DNA of 64,000 nucleotides from Lophium mytilinum. Its lineage: Eukaryota. The position numbers were made by a program, and so were the translations under genes. The stretch covers positions 145,334 through 209,333 of the forward strand of contig MU004185.1 of NCBI GenBank assembly GCA_010093605.1, given 5' to 3'. Under the pieces are notes generated by a model, which was given only the letters and a program-made list of their open reading frames with translations, was not told where the DNA came from and ran no database searches. Of the stretch, positions 37,403 through 51,900 are shown piece after piece. How positions within the stretch are numbered: position 1 is the stretch's first letter; the number at the start of each line of letters is the position of its first letter.

Positions 37403-39319
37403 ATGGATTCATCAGTCACGAAGAAGAAGCAAGTCTGCAGGAGCTGCAGACAGCGCAAGAAGCGTTGTGATGTAGGCTAAACCCCATCTTCGCTGCATCG
37501 TGGTACTAAATCCTGTATTCCAGGGAGCTAGACCCTCATGCTCGCTTTGCCGCAAGCTAAATATCACTTGTTCCTACATTGTATCAAATCCAAATCCAGG
37601 CTCAGTTCATACTTCCTATGTAGACTTTGTGCCCTTGGCTGAACGCCCTTCCTGGGTGTTGAATGGGAATGTCGACCATCCTAATCTACCTCAACCTCAC
37701 GATTATCCAGAAATATCGTCAAAAGGGTTCTTCCACATTCAACGCGGCTCGGTAGATTCTCAGCTTCCATTCACAGCTCTTGATGTTCCGAATACTTCCC
37801 TCGATTTTGCACCGCCGACTTCCTTTGGCGACTCCGCTATCTCCGACATAACATGGCAGCAAGACAACATCAACGACTTCGACCACGCATCCAACGACGC
37901 AATCTTTCCAGCTAATCTCCCACCGCAAGCCCAAATCTTGGAGCTTGTCGAGTTGTTCTTCTCACACTCCTATGCATTCCTGCCTTGTTTCCATGAGTCA
38001 GAGCTTCTCAAAGACGTCAGCAGCGGCCAACTGCAACGCCAAACTCCAGCGCTTCTATACGCTATCTCTGCAATATCAGCTCAGTACCATCCGGACCCGG
38101 CCATTCAGGCTTGCCGCGGTGACTGGTTTGACCAGGCCAAGTTCTTGTTCGAGCTCACGCAACGAGATAGCCTACCAGCCCTACGAGTTTTGCAAGCTGG
38201 GGTCTGTATCGTACACCACGCATGGACCGTAGGCGACTACACTACAGCATGTCATGCACTGGGGAAGACATGGAGACAAGCGTGCTCTTACGGCCTGAAT
38301 CAAATCGATGCAGGACCAATGCAACCACCTGGGCTTAGACTCGCCCCCGTCTCGAAGGATGCCCGGGAGAAAGACGAATTTCGCAGAGTCCTTTGGGCGT
38401 TACTGTTTCTGGATAGAGATCAAGCGTGGGCGACAGGTTGGCCCCAAACCATTCCTGACCGACATTACTTGGTTAATCTCCCTTCGGATGATTTAAATTT
38501 TCAATCCGAAAACATGTCGGTAAGTGTGCGAGCAATACAACATCCGGAACCATCTATTCGAAGTTCATGATGCTTACACTGATACAGGATGAGGATGCAT
38601 CCACACCATTTCATTGGAACCTGAACCGGCTGATAGGTTCACCCTCAAATTCTATTCAACATATTAACACGTATCATTGCGTAATCAAAGCGTATGTCAT
38701 TCTTGGACGAGCAAATGATCAAATCAATACTCTACATGACGAAGAAGACGCTACAGAGTATGAACGAGGGCTCGACATCCTTGATTCTCACCTAGTGCGG
38801 TTCCGGCTAAGCCTACCACGATCTGCGACCTCCATCCAGGCAGCTCCTCCAGAAGAGCATGTCAATGTCTTCTGGCTAACGAATATCCTCAATACCATCA
38901 CTATTCTGCTCCACTACCGAGCATGTTCTAACGAGCCACCTCTGGACGAAAAGGACGAGAACCGGTTCCGTCATTGCGTCTCCGTGGCCCGCAATACAGT
39001 ACAAATGGTCACGGATATATCCCGAATATCTCCTGAACCGCTCTTAAACTCTCACATACCTGCTATGCTTTATCTAGCGGCTGCTGTTCTCCTAATACAC
39101 TGGAGGGAAAGCAAGGATGATAAGATCAAAGACGAGATCGATATCTTGAGACTCGTTTTCGACCGGTTTCATGATGTGTTCCCAGCTCTGGGAAAAAAGT
39201 TCAAAGGAGCGATTGAGTACGATCTTGAAGTTGATGATGCTGCCATACGAAGAGCGAAACAGTCGGGTGCGAAAGGCTTGCTTGGGTCTTGTCCGAAGTG
39301 GCAGATGCCGACTCGATAG
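37403..39319 (+). CDS. Zn(II)2Cys6 transcription factor with fungal-specific TF (middle homology) domain, 3 exons
   Basis: Spliced CRSCRQRKKRCD|GARPSCSLCRKLNITC (intron 37,472-37,523); LVELFF..SYAFLPCFH; EFRRVLWALLFLDR; second intron ~38,520-38,588. Confidence 0.93.
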
Positions 39320-39483
39320 ATTTAGGCAAGTACGACCCAGAACGCATCCAGATTCCTTCCATAATAACCCAGCTTAGATAGGCACCCGAATGCCCTGCAC
39401 CTCCATATTTCAGTCTTCAGACGCATTCATCTTCACCATCTTCACCAGTGACGTCACGCGATGCTATTCACACCACTTCCGAG

Positions 39484-40988
39484 ATGGACGTGAATCAAGA
39501 TGCAGCCCTCAACCTCCCGAGGCGATCCACCCCTTTCGTAATGCCCCCAAGAATGTCAACAGCGTCCCCAACACCATCCATTAAGCGTGGACGAGGCCGG
39601 CCTCGAATACATCCTCTACCAGCTTCAAGTATGCTTGCGAAATATGAGGTTTTCCCACCGCGAGGGGTGCCTCAACTAGCGCCATATAACGCCAGAGATT
39701 GGCCGCAACGAGCTCAAAACCCACAACCGAGTCCACCTCACTTCCAACCAGCTACACATGACGCCGAAGAGCTCCGAGGCACCATGCAGTACACGCACCT
39801 GAAAGGCCCGCAGCTGCGAGCGGAACTGAAGAGACGCAATCTTCCCACCACCGGCGGCTACGATGCAACGCTCGAGCGACTACTCGAGGACGATGCCGAA
39901 CGCGGCAGCGAGGCTACGACGCTCAGCACCACGCTGCTCAAATACGTAGCTCGAGGATTGAACATCGTCACGGCTGGCTACGGACTCCCTGCGGACCCGG
40001 CCGTGCTGGTTGGAAGCGGTACGTCAATCCCACCATGCCATAATCAATTGAACACCAACCTAATATCAATCTGCCCACAGAGATCATCCACTACGCCCTA
40101 AACCCCTTCGGCCTCCCATCCCTAACGCTCTACCTCACCAACAACCACTCCGCCACCATCTCCGGCGCCGCCCTCCGCAACGCCCTCATCGGCATCGACA
40201 CCCAGCTCATGACCACCCTCCGCCGCCTCACAGGCTCCGAAGGCCCGGACAACGACGTCCTCCCTGGCTCGCACCCCCACCGCCCCCTCCGCATCCTGGC
40301 CGCCTCCTACGGCAAGCGCACGAGCATCGCCGCGAAAGAGCTCGTCTACGACGACGCCGAGGAGGAGCTGTGGCAGACACCGCGCAAGACTTCCTTGCGG
40401 GGGCTGGGTCTCGCGCCGAAAGAGGTGGGGAAGGAGAAGAAGCCGATTTGGGAGGAGAGGCATGTGGTGCTTGGCTTGAGGTTGCAGGGGATGCTGGGAT
40501 ATGGCTACGTGTTCGCGTACGATGCGAGCAATGAGGGGGAGTGCGGCGGAGAGGGAGAAGTGGATCAAGAGGGCGGTTGTTGGGGGGATGTAGGCCTCCA
40601 TGCCTGCAAGAAGGAGGTGTGGGAGCCGCTTCGCGTGGCCGATGGGGAGGTGGTGAGGGGTTTGGCGCTTGGCGAGCTGGAGAGGCAGGCGGAGATGGCG
40701 GATGGGCTGTCGTGTGGCGAGGATGCGGAGTTCAGCGAGCTCAGCGATGTGGACGAGGAGGTGCTAAGGGCAGGGACTGTGGATGTGGAGGCGGGGGTGG
40801 TGGAGAATGTGAGGAAGCGCGCGCGGTATGACTCTGCGGTTGATGTGTCGCCTGACGCCGAGGACGACACACCGTGCCCGGGAAAGGGGGCGATCCGGCT
40901 GGATCCAGCGGACCGTGAAGACGAGGAGGTGCGACCGTGGGAGGAGCTTGAGGCGGCGCGGCCGGCGAAGCGGAGGCTGAGAGGGTGA
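39484..40988 (+). CDS. AT-hook + SAP domain protein (putative DNA/chromatin binding), 2 exons
   Basis: KRGRGRPR AT-hook and YTHLKGPQLRAELKRRNLPTTGGYDATLERLLEDD SAP motif. The intron 40,019-40,080 (GTACGT..CACAG) joins ORF 39,448-40,101 in frame with ORF 40,209-40,988. Acidic C-terminus with RPAKRRLR NLS-like end. Confidence 0.8.
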
Positions 40989-41399
40989 GTGGTGCGTAAG
41001 GAAGGCAGCTTTGATGGTTGATATCTTTGCTGATTGATGGGTAGGTTCGGGTTTCGGAAGACGTGGATGGGCGGATTGTAGGCCTTGGGGCTTGCAGATG
41101 AGATTGGGATGGGAGCGTGACTGATGTCTACTTGGTGAAGGATCAGGATAGCTCTATGGGGTAGTGGAATCAGCTTGGTCTTGTAATACGGCAATCAAAA
41201 GCGGCATCGCTCACGCGAAATCACGTTGAAGGAAGAGCTTGATGGAGATCAGCGCAGTGTGTTTGGGAAAGGGGTACACTATTTCATCCTACCCGCAACG
41301 CCGTTCCCAAGATCCTAAGTCTGTCCTTATAGAACCTCATATTTTTTTCTATTCCCCGAGCAGGTCCTAAACATTCTCCTCTCAAGTCTCCAACCTGTT

Positions 41400-42973
41400 T
41401 CACACCTCTCGAAACGCCACCTCCCTGGGCAGCCTGAAGCTCGCACAAAACATCCGCTTCTTCGGCGCCACGTCCCGCACGTCCCAAACCGTCGTCTCTG
41501 GCGTCTCTGGCGTGATCTGCGTACCCAGAAATGTCGAGATCTCCTCACAGATCTCCGCTGTCTGGGCTACGTTGTCGTCGCTCTTGGAGCTGAAGCAGTA
41601 GACATGGACCAACGGCATCGGGATCTTTTCGCGCTCTTCAGAGGAGAGCGCTTTGAAAGCTGGCTGGGCGTAGATACCGACGAAAGCCGGGAGAAAGCTC
41701 AATGCAGAAGCAGGGAGGTTCATAACGAAATGGTTAAAGAAGCGGGGCTGCGTGAGAGTTTGGCTAGGCTGCGGCTCATGTGTTGCGCCAGCTTTCGGGG
41801 CGTCTGGCTTCGTTCGAGCAGAGCGTGCGGTTTTGATATCTTTGCGCGTTTTGATTGTGACGCTGTGTTGGGTCTTGAGCAGTTCCGCCGCTGCCGTCTT
41901 TATGAATTTCGCCCCGTCCTCGTTGAACGGCCGGACGAAATCTCCTGTCTTGTTCCCCTTTATCGTCTCTCTGAGAGCGGCATAGCCCTCCGGATTCAGA
42001 TCATTGGCCCACGCGAATACCTTCTTCTTCCCAGCAGGGACGGCGAACGGGCCTATCCCCGCCATGACGTCCGCAACCGCTTCGCCCTCTTTGAATATGG
42101 TGACGAGCCGCTCGTGTTCCGTATGTAGCCTGCTATTCCAGTACACCTTCGCAAAATCAAATTTGAACACGCAGCCCTGTTCGTGGACTTCCACGCACAT
42201 GTCGTCCGGCCCGTGGAGAACTTCGTACTGGAAGGTGCGGTAGGGGTCTGCTTCGCCGACGCGCTCGATTTTGTTGATGACGGTGCGCACGGTGGGATTT
42301 TTGTCGGCTAGGACTTTCGCGATGATGTATTTCCAGGGGAGGTAGTGGTCGCGGAGGTTGAGGTGGGCTGGTGGGCGCGAATGTTAGATGTTGTCCTCGA
42401 GGGAGGTATGATTGAGGTGCTTACCAACGTGTCCGATTAGAGTGAAGCCTGTGGGAGGGTCGTGATTATCGATTTCTTCGGGGAGGATGGCGTCCATGAT
42501 TTCGGCTGGGTTGTATGAGCGATGATAGGGAGTATGAGGAGGGGAAGACACGCACAGTGTGACCAGAAGTCGTAGTTGAGATGGAGGTCGTAGGGTATCA
42601 CCCCCACAGTCCCGTTTTGCTGGAGATCTCGTAGTTTAGGACTCCATGTTTGCGAGTCTGCCTGCTTTTATTAGCTAGTTGTCCAATGTATGGCGGTTGA
42701 GGGACTACTACCATCGTGTCGAACCTCTGGCTTCAAGAGTATGCATTTTCCTCCCGCGCGCGCCGTTTCTTCTACGGGATCATTCACGATGGTGAGGAAT
42801 CGCGGGAGTACTAGGGCATCCTTTGCGCTTTCCAGCTCTTTCTTGCACGTGCTGATATCTTTTTGCTTGAAGATGCGGGCAGCGGAGGTGGGGACTGTCT
42901 TTTTGAAAAAGGCTCGGTCGAGGGTCTTCATTGCCCGGTTGATAGGAGGGCGGAACATGGCGTCGTCTGGCAT
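41400..42973 (-). CDS. TRM5: tRNA (guanine(37)-N1)-methyltransferase, intron-containing
   Basis: MFRPPINRAMKTLDRAFF N-terminus, GFTLIGHV/AHLNLR, FDFAKVYWNSRLHTEHERL, DVMAGIGPFAVPAGKK, HFVMNLP, VHVYCF, VRDVAPKKRMFCASF. Confidence 0.95.
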
Positions 42974-43319
42974 TGGAGCAGTGACTCGAGCCTCCTTTCG
43001 CGTGTACAAACTCGTCGTTACCGTGGTGGTCGAAATTAAGGAGTTTGGGTGCTATGACGGGATAACCGTTTTCTCGAGATGCACGGATCTCCCGCCCGTG
43101 CAGGGACTCGCGCAGCACAATTTCGAGGCCAACAAAACAACACCCAGCGCGCCCGGCGCACAATACACGCGACGACTACCGTCAACACTCCTATCCAGTA
43201 CATGACACCCCCGAGCGATGCGGCCGCCCGACGAGACTGCACGAGGAAGCTGAACACGCCCGAAACCACGGAATCACCACGTATCATCAAGCTCCGCCGC
43301 GAGGCCGGTAGCCGCAGCC

Positions 43320-46300
43320 ATGGCGTCGGGGGGAGGCAACATTAAGGTCGTGGTGCGCGTGAGGCCGTTTAATGGACGAGGTGCGTTGTGGAGAGCTGGA
43401 GAGCATAGTGGGAGAATACTAATGTTTCGTAGAGATCGCCCGCAATGCAAAATGCATTGTCCAGATGGACAAGGACCAGACGGTCCTGACACCCCCGTCT
43501 CACGTCGATGGAAAGCTTTCCAAGTCCGCGAAGCAAGCCCTTGATGGGGCTAAGACATTCGCTTTCGACAAGAGCTACTGGTCCTTCAACCGCAATGATC
43601 CTCACTTCGCTAACCAGGAGGATCTTTTTACAGATTTGGGGAAGCCGCTGCTGGATAATGCCTTCTTGGGATTCAATAACTGTATCTTTGCGTATGGGCA
43701 GACGGGTTCGGGGAAGTCATACTCGATGATGGGGTATGGGGAGGAGGCGGGTGTCATCCCGAAGATCTGCAGGAACATGTTTGAGCGCATCGAAGAGATG
43801 CAGAAAGACAAGAATCTGAGTTGCACCGTCGAAGTGTCCTACCTGGAAATCTACAACGAGCGCGTCCGCGATTTGCTCAATCCGTCCACGAAGGGAAATC
43901 TCAAGGTCCGCGAGCATCCTTCCACCGGACCATACGTGGAGGATTTGGCGAAGCTACTGGTGCGGTCGTTTCCGGAGATTGAGAACCTGATGGACGAGGG
44001 GAATAAAGCTAGGACGGTTGCTGCGACAAATATGAACGAGACTTCCAGTCGATCGCACGCGGTCTTCACTCTCATTCTGACCCAAAAGAGGCATGATGTT
44101 GAGACCAGGATGGATACCGAGAAAGTCGCCAAGATCAGTCTGGTGGATTTGGCAGGTTCGGAGAGAGCTACATCCACTGGCGCGACTGGTGCAAGATTGA
44201 AAGAGGGTGCGGAAATCAACAGATCACTTTCTACACTGGGTCGTGTCATTGCGGCACTTGCAGATCTATCATCGGGCAAGGGTCCCGGCAAGAAGAAGAA
44301 CCAAAACATGGTGCCCTACCGGGATTCTATCTTGACATGGCTACTCAAGGACTCGCTAGGAGGAAACAGTTTGACCGCTATGATAGCTGCAATCTCGCCT
44401 GCTGATATCAATTTCGACGAGACGCTCTCCACGCTTCGATATGCCGACTCCGCCAAGCGAATCAAGAATCATGCCGTCGTCAACGAGGATCCAAACGCCC
44501 GCATGATCAGAGAATTGAAGGAGGAGCTCGCTCAACTTCGTTCGAAACTTAGTGGAGGAGCATCTAGTGGTATTGTTGAAGAACAATACGCGCCTGATAC
44601 CCCACTAGAAAAGCAGATTGTCTCAATCACGCAGCCAGATGGTACCATCAAGAAAGTCTCAAAAGCTGAGATTGTGGAACAATTAAATCAATCCGAGAAG
44701 CTATACACAGATCTCAACCAGACCTGGGAAGAAAAGTTACAGAAGACGGAGGAAATTCACAAGGAACGAGAAGCCGCACTAGAAGAGCTTGGTATCAGCA
44801 TCGAGAAGGGGTTTGTTGGATTATCAACGCCCAAGAAGATGCCACATCTTGTCAATTTGAGCGACGACCCTCTACTCGCCGAATGCCTGGTGTACAATTT
44901 AAAGCCCGGAACTACGACCGTTGGAAACGTGGAGTCCGCGACTACAGCCGAGATTCGATTGAATGGCTCCCAAATCCTACACGACCACTGCGTATTCGAG
45001 AACGTCGATGGTGCAGTCACCGTAGTGCCTCGAGACAACGCCGGCGTCATGGTCAATGGCCAGCGAATAGAAAAACCAAAAAGGTTACGCAGTGGCTATC
45101 GAATCATCCTAGGCGACTTTCACATCTTCCGGTTCAACAATCCCCAAGAAGCACGAGCTGAGCGAGCTGAACAAGGAAGCCTTCTCCGCCATTCCGTTAC
45201 AGTAAGCCAGCTTGGATCTCCATCTCCTAGACCTGGTCACGACAGATCTTGGAGTACTGTTAGCAGACCCGAGTCGGAGTTTGACTCCGAAAGCCCTGGA
45301 GCGGCTTCACCAAATCCATTCCAGCCACGAAACGGGCGTGATTCCGATTGGTCGTATGCTCGGCGAGAAGCTGTGACTGCAGTGCTAGGGACTGATCAGA
45401 AAATCAATAGCTTGACTGACGAGGAACTTGACGCTGTCTTCGACGATCTACAACGAATACGGGCTGTCCGGAAAGGTAGACCAGAGAGTAGGATGTTCGA
45501 TCAAGAAGACGATTTGGATTCTGTATCAACTTATCCGGTCCGAGAAAAATACGCCTCCACCGGAACCATCGACAACTTCTCCTTGGACACTATGCTGACT
45601 ATGCCCTCAACTCCTCAGCCAGGTGAGGAGGACGAGCGTCTCCGATTGGTCAGGGAAGATATGCAGGATCAAATAGACAAGCAAAAGGAAGAATACCAGG
45701 CAAAGCTGAAATCTGCAGAAGAAGCCAACGTCGAGATTGAAGAAATCAAAGCAGAAAAAGTCAAAATGGAGGAGAGCCTTCGGACTGCCAAGGAAGAAAT
45801 GCAGAGACAGCTACAGGAACAGAAAGAGGAATTCCAAAGGCAGCTACAGGAGCTTCAGCAACCTTTATCACCTTCATCGAATGGACATGTAGGGCCACCA
45901 GAGCCAACCGAGAAGCAAATGGAACTTGCAAAAGCCGCTTTCCAACAATGGCGACAAAGGAAATACGTTGCTATGGCGGAAACGATCCTCCAGAATGCCG
46001 CAACCTTGAAAGAAGCTCAAGTGATGAGCCAGCAGATGGACAAGCACGTGGTGTTTCAGTTCTGTATTGTAGATGTTGGGCACTCTTTTGCTTCCTCTTA
46101 TGATCTAGTACTCAACGGGATACCCGGGGAAGACGACGAAGACCTCGACATGACACCGAAGCCATGCGTTGGCATCCGAGTTGTGGATTTCAAGAATCAG
46201 GTCGTACATCTATGGTCATTACAGAAGCTTCGCGTCCGAGTGCGGCTGATGCATCAGATGCACCAGTATCTCAACCGACCAGAATATCTGCAACACTTCA

Positions 46301-48306
46301 GCTTAGAGAATCCTTTCCTAGAGCCCTGCATGCCGGAGTTCTCGAGGATTGGGGATGTTGATGTCCCTCTGTCTGCCGTCTTCGAATCCCGAGTTCAGGA
46401 CTTCAGCCTCGATGTTATCTCTTCGTATACCGCGAATGTCGTAGGGATAGTCAGGCTTTCTCTCGAGCCTTCATCAGCCGAAGCGCCTTCCACAACCTTG
46501 AAGTTCAATGTGGTTATGCACGACATGGTTGGATTCCCGGAACGCGAGGGAACAGACGTTCACGCACAGCTGTTTGTACCGGGAGTCTCTGATGAAGGCG
46601 GCGCGACAACTACACAGATGATCAAGGACTTCGACGAGGGCGCGATTCGTTTCGAAAGTGTTCACAGCATGAGCCTTCCCTTCGCTAGCCCTCGCACCTC
46701 GTTCCTTCGCGCTTCGATATTCGCCAAAGTAACTACCATGCATCTTGATAAGCTACTTAGTTGGGATGACATGCGAGATTCGGCAGTCAAGCCGAAGAAG
46801 AAGCGCCTTGCCTCTCGCTTACCAGAGTCTGAGTTCTTCACTGAAGAGGTTCATGATATTTTCTCGCGCATTCAGATCCACGAAATTTCCGAAGACGGAT
46901 CCTATCAACCTGTCGAAGTTATCCAAAACAGCGTTGGAGATGAAGGCGCTTATCAACTCCATCAAGGGCTACAACGACGGATAGTAGTTAACCTCACCCA
47001 CACCTCGGGCGAGACTTTACAGTGGCACGACATTGCCGGACTCCGCGCGGGTCGCGTTCGTCTTGTCGACTCCTCGGGTACAGCTCCAGCCCTCGATTCG
47101 CCTGTCCACGAAATTCCCATCGCGCTCGTGCACCCACCCACAGTTAAATCCAACGCCGACGGTACGACAAACGTGACGTTCATCGGGCAATGGGACTCAA
47201 GTGCACATGGGTCCCTTCTTCTTGACCGTGCCACACCGGACAAATACCGTGTGCAAGTTTCGCTTCTCTGGAACGTCTCCAGCACCCGCCTTGCCTCCCC
47301 CATGGTCTTCTCTCTTGATCTAGATATGCAGATTCGTGCGCGAAGCTTCTTGCGCCAAACGAGTCTCTTTGGTTTCGCCAACCTTTGGACCACCACAAGG
47401 GTGGTCCACTCTACAACTGCTATATTCTCAGTCGCTATACGTCCTACCTCGGTCAAGCGTGCGACAGATCTCTGGCGGATGAACACTCGCGATGATTTCG
47501 TAAAAGGGGAGGAAATGTTAGCCGGTTGGACGCCCCGAGGCGTCAGTCTCGTCAAAGACTTCATCGCCACTCAAAAGCGCCGACGACGAGTAGCAGAGAT
47601 CGAAACAGTCCGAAGCGTCTTAAGCAGCCGCGCCCTCACTCTCCCCACCACGAATGGCTTTGCTAACGGCACATCCGCCGCCATTGACGACCTCGACGAC
47701 CGCCGCAAAGCCCTACTAAATCGCGTCCTCGCACTCTGGCAGACAAAGAAGGAACCCGCCGAGATAATTCTTAACACTACGAATCTCGAGCCCCCGTCGT
47801 CTGGCGCCGCTTTTGCTGCACGCCCACTCCACCCTTCGAACCCAAACTCCTCCAGCAACGTCAATATGCCTGCGTCTCCTGGCCTCTCCTCCGCCCCCGT
47901 TTCTCCCTCGCCTAATCCGACATTGATCGCAACCGTTCGCCACTTACCCAAGAACCCGGCGCTCATGAAAGGAGGTTACCTGCTCATGCCGGACCCCTCC
48001 TCATCACGATGGGTACGGCGGTATGTCGAGCTACGAAAACCGTACCTGCACATCTACTCTGTGCCCGAAGGGGATGAGATCAACGCTGTCAGTTTGCGGA
48101 ATAGTCGTGTAGATCACCAGCCGCAGATTGCGAGGCTGTTGGGCGGAAGGGTCGGGGGAGATAGGGGTGGAGAAAGTGTGTGGGCCGTATTTGCACGCGG
48201 AAACAGCTATCTATTCAGAGCCCGGGTGGAGCGGGAGAAGATTGAGTGGATACTGAGGATTGACGAGAGTTACTTCTCGAGTGGCAGTGGAAGTGGGGAG
48301 GACTGA
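43320..48306 (+). CDS. Kinesin-3 motor (UNC-104/KIF1A family; UncA/NKIN2-like) with FHA and C-terminal PH domains
   Basis: Exon 1 MASGGGNIKVVVRVRPF (intron 43,381-43,432); GQTGSGKS, NETSSRSH, LVDLAGSE; PHLVNLSDDPLL plus FHA; PH domain KGGYL...WVRRYVELRKPYL. Confidence 0.97.
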
Positions 48307-48999
48307 GTGCGGTATGGGATCGTATCTATTGTGTTATCGCAAAATAGGAGTTGGATACCTTCCAAGGATTTTGATTGCCAGGCGTTTGGGAGTATGGTAG
48401 GCCCTGATGCCGCTATGGAATACTTCATATTTTTCGTTCATCAACCACTCTCGTTTTTTCAGGGAGTCGGTCTACGCTTTGGATACCCAGGGTATTGGAG
48501 TAATTCCTATGAGTTGCGAGAAGACTTGATCGAGATGCTGGAACTGGGTGGTATAGATAGTATAGGGCGAGCGGTGGCAGTAGAAAATAATTGATCGTTC
48601 CAATGTAGCCCCCAGTTTTGCTGGTGATGTGCATAATCAAATATATTGTTGGGCGCAGTTTGGTATGTGGGACCGACCTCCTCCGCAGTTTTGCCCAGAT
48701 GAACGCTAATTGCTATTTGCTTCATGTTTCACAACTCACGGTTCACGGTCCTTTAGCGAAGTATCAAATAAGAAAAGATATCCATGTTATGCGATGCGAC
48801 GCTACGCTATTATCTATCCACGCGTCCCAACCCCGACTCCTCCAATATCCATGAGTCATGAACTCTCTGCTTCTTGATCTTCATGCCAAAAACCTCCGCG
48901 GTCGCTAAATTCCCAACGCTCTGCCCGATACCAATCTGGACTGGAGAAGGCAAAACTCCTCTCTCTGCTTCCACTCATCATCCACCACTGACGGGTGTT

Positions 49000-51900
49000 G
49001 TGCTGTTTTGAACTACACATCCCAACCCACAAATGCACTCTTACATCGAAAATGCCGCAACTCCACCGTGGTTCATGAACGTTTTGGCGGCTTGATTCCA
49101 TGTCTTTGGACTGTTGTTCCTCAAAACACTGCCATCGTACATCTGGGCTCAGGTTTGGTTTCCACTCCCTCCAGCCATGGCGAATATGGACGGAGCATTT
49201 CGAAAACGCCCTCCCAGACAGGCCCACATAACCCATATCGAGATGATGCGGCGAAGACATCAATTTGTTGGACAAGTCTATTTGATGCCAGTTCTACCGA
49301 ATCGAGCAGCAGAGTCCATGCTGCCTCCAATCGTCCCAGTTCGCTGCCATTCGATGCTTGAACACAGTGTTTGTTCCCTCTGCTTCTGGCCATACGAGGA
49401 AATTTTCGTCAAGTTCGAGAAGGATCAGAAACTTCACCACCCGAATTAATGCCAAAGTCCGCATAATATTTGCAGTACGGTGGTTTGAGTCGAGCAAGCA
49501 AGCCATATGGTTTCCTGAGAGTCGTATTCGAAAGCAGCGGGGCGCACACGACTTTTCGAGATCTCCCAGCACACTGCCATGATTCGAAAACGCTTAAGGT
49601 TTGGCAGTGGATTTATCTGCTTCCAGACATAGCGTAAGCAACAAGGAAGTTTTGATCAACAGCCCTCGAATTCTCAAGCGAGATCCGCATACTCAATCGT
49701 GTGATAGGGAATTAGTTTTCCCAGGAAAGTCATCAGCAGCCCACTGGTATCCTTTTGAAGCGGCAAGCGGCAGAAACAGACACGGCCTCGTCATGACAAA
49801 AGCTCGGTATGGCGGCTCATGAAAGACTGCCTTCAGCATTGATGGGCACAAACGGCCATGACACGGTAATGAGTGTCGTTTCGAAGCGACGCCATTCAAT
49901 TGTATCAATCTCGAATCCAGTGAAGATTGTCTTCAGGATCCGCATGTGGCCGCAGAGGATCATAGGATATCGCAGAGTGCAGTTTGGCACGCCCGCGACA
50001 GTCATGATTACTGTGTGTAGATTGTTCGAGAGGGTGGCGTGCCCACGGCCTTCCCATCTAGTGACTAGTGGTGTGATTGTATTCGGACTCCTGATCGATA
50101 CCGGTGAGCACGAACTCTGACTAACAGCATAGCCAAATTCGAGAAAGTACCGTAATTTAAGGTCCTGCTCTTTTCTTGGTGTATAACCCTCGACGAAGCG
50201 GTAAACGAACATACCCCAGTGACAACTAGGAGTACCGTTTTAGATCTTCCAAAGCGGCCATTTTGATGTGCCTTGGCATGTTTCTTGGATTTGGGAGTAG
50301 TCGCGGCCTCTCCATAAAAGTAAGAGTTTTTTTGAATTTATTCGGATTTTCGGAGGATTTACTGACAACCCGAACGACCATTCGAAGCAACGGTACGAGG
50401 TTTTTGCTCTCCAGAAAAGCCACATATCGGATTGTGAAGAGAATTTCTAGGTGTCAAGAGCGCACGCCACCTTCCCATCGTATGCGTTCAAAGGTTTTTT
50501 CGATCAGAAGCTTTCAAAACATCGGCTACTGTGTTGATGTTTATGAAGGAGCATAGACAGGACATTTTGGCCGGATGGCACGCCGAAAGCATCCATGTAT
50601 CGTTTCTCGATTCGATTGTGAAGGAGCAAGAGTACTCGCAACTTCCACATGCAGAAGCTGGATAGTCACAAGTGATTCTCGAGGGACCCGCCACCGGGTC
50701 CGCAAAGGATCATTCGTTGCCTTGTATTCGGCTTTCGGTGCCCTGAAAAATATGGAGAAGGATAATCCTCTTTCTCAAGGAGCGAGAACGCTCGCGGCTT
50801 CTGCATTCGAAAGGATTTTCTTCTGCTCGTCAAAGCTGTTCATAACATCCCACTTATCGAGCTGTAACGAATCGAGGTATGCCACGATTGGCTAGGCACG
50901 CCGACAAGATCCATCGCACGAATCCTAGTGCTAGATTCCGTGGTGGCGAGAGAAAGTCTAGCACCATTTGAAGTGCTTTAGAAAGCTACCAGAGCTGCTA
51001 GAACACTCGGGTTACAGCATTTCGGAGTGCTAAACTTTGCACATAAGCCCCGAGAAAGCGACTACTTCCACGCGGGTCGGCTCTCCATATAACTTTCCCT
51101 AAAGCTGTGTTTACGTGACTACTCAGAGATACCATCGACCGGGAAGGATATTTTACTAAAAGAGTTGGTTTCCAGACAGGAACATAAAATCCTTCTTATG
51201 CTATCTCCGATGGGCGAAGCAAAAGCGGCCATGACCTCATCGGGTAAGCTTATATGGCACACCCCGAGGATCCATGACATACTTGGCGTTCCTTTTGGAA
51301 GCAAAAGGAATAGAATCCTACATCGTTTATGGTTGCCAGTTGCAGAGCCATGCTTCTGCGTTTGCTGCGGTTCTCTAATCTCGCAGGCAAACGCCCATAC
51401 GGAGGTGTAGTACATGGTGGGTGATCTTTTCGAATCCAAAGCAACGCCATGGTGCGGTGTGGAATTGAGTTACGATCCAGAAAGTACGGAACCATGGGGT
51501 CGAATCGCGAGACCTGCGTCAACGAGCTGATATCAATATGAAAAGCCAGTTTCCTTGGGATTTTTTCTTCGAATCACACCACGAACCATCATTGTATGTC
51601 GGCTGAAGCGAGGCCTGTAATTTCCCAAAGGCGCACAGCCATGGCTGTACCCATAGAGTGTTCGAAAACGAAAGAAAACAGAGTCATGAAACACTTTGGA
51701 CTCCTGGTTTGCTCCACCGTTCCTCTTCATAGAGTCCCGTTTTATTCAAGAAGAGCTTTAGCGCCACTTTCTCATCGCCCGATTCTGTTTAGTTCGTTAA
51801 TTAGAGCTCTGCAGTAGCTCTACATTGCATGAAGTGCCACCCAAGTCAGTACATCTTGACTCAACGTCATGGCTATTGCTTGTCATGGACCGTCGTTGGT

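Noticed and set aside
42974..43052. In-frame upstream extension of TRM5 (possible mitochondrial presequence from a TTG start)
   Set aside because: Short, bounded by an in-frame TAG, and lacks an ATG; insufficient evidence.
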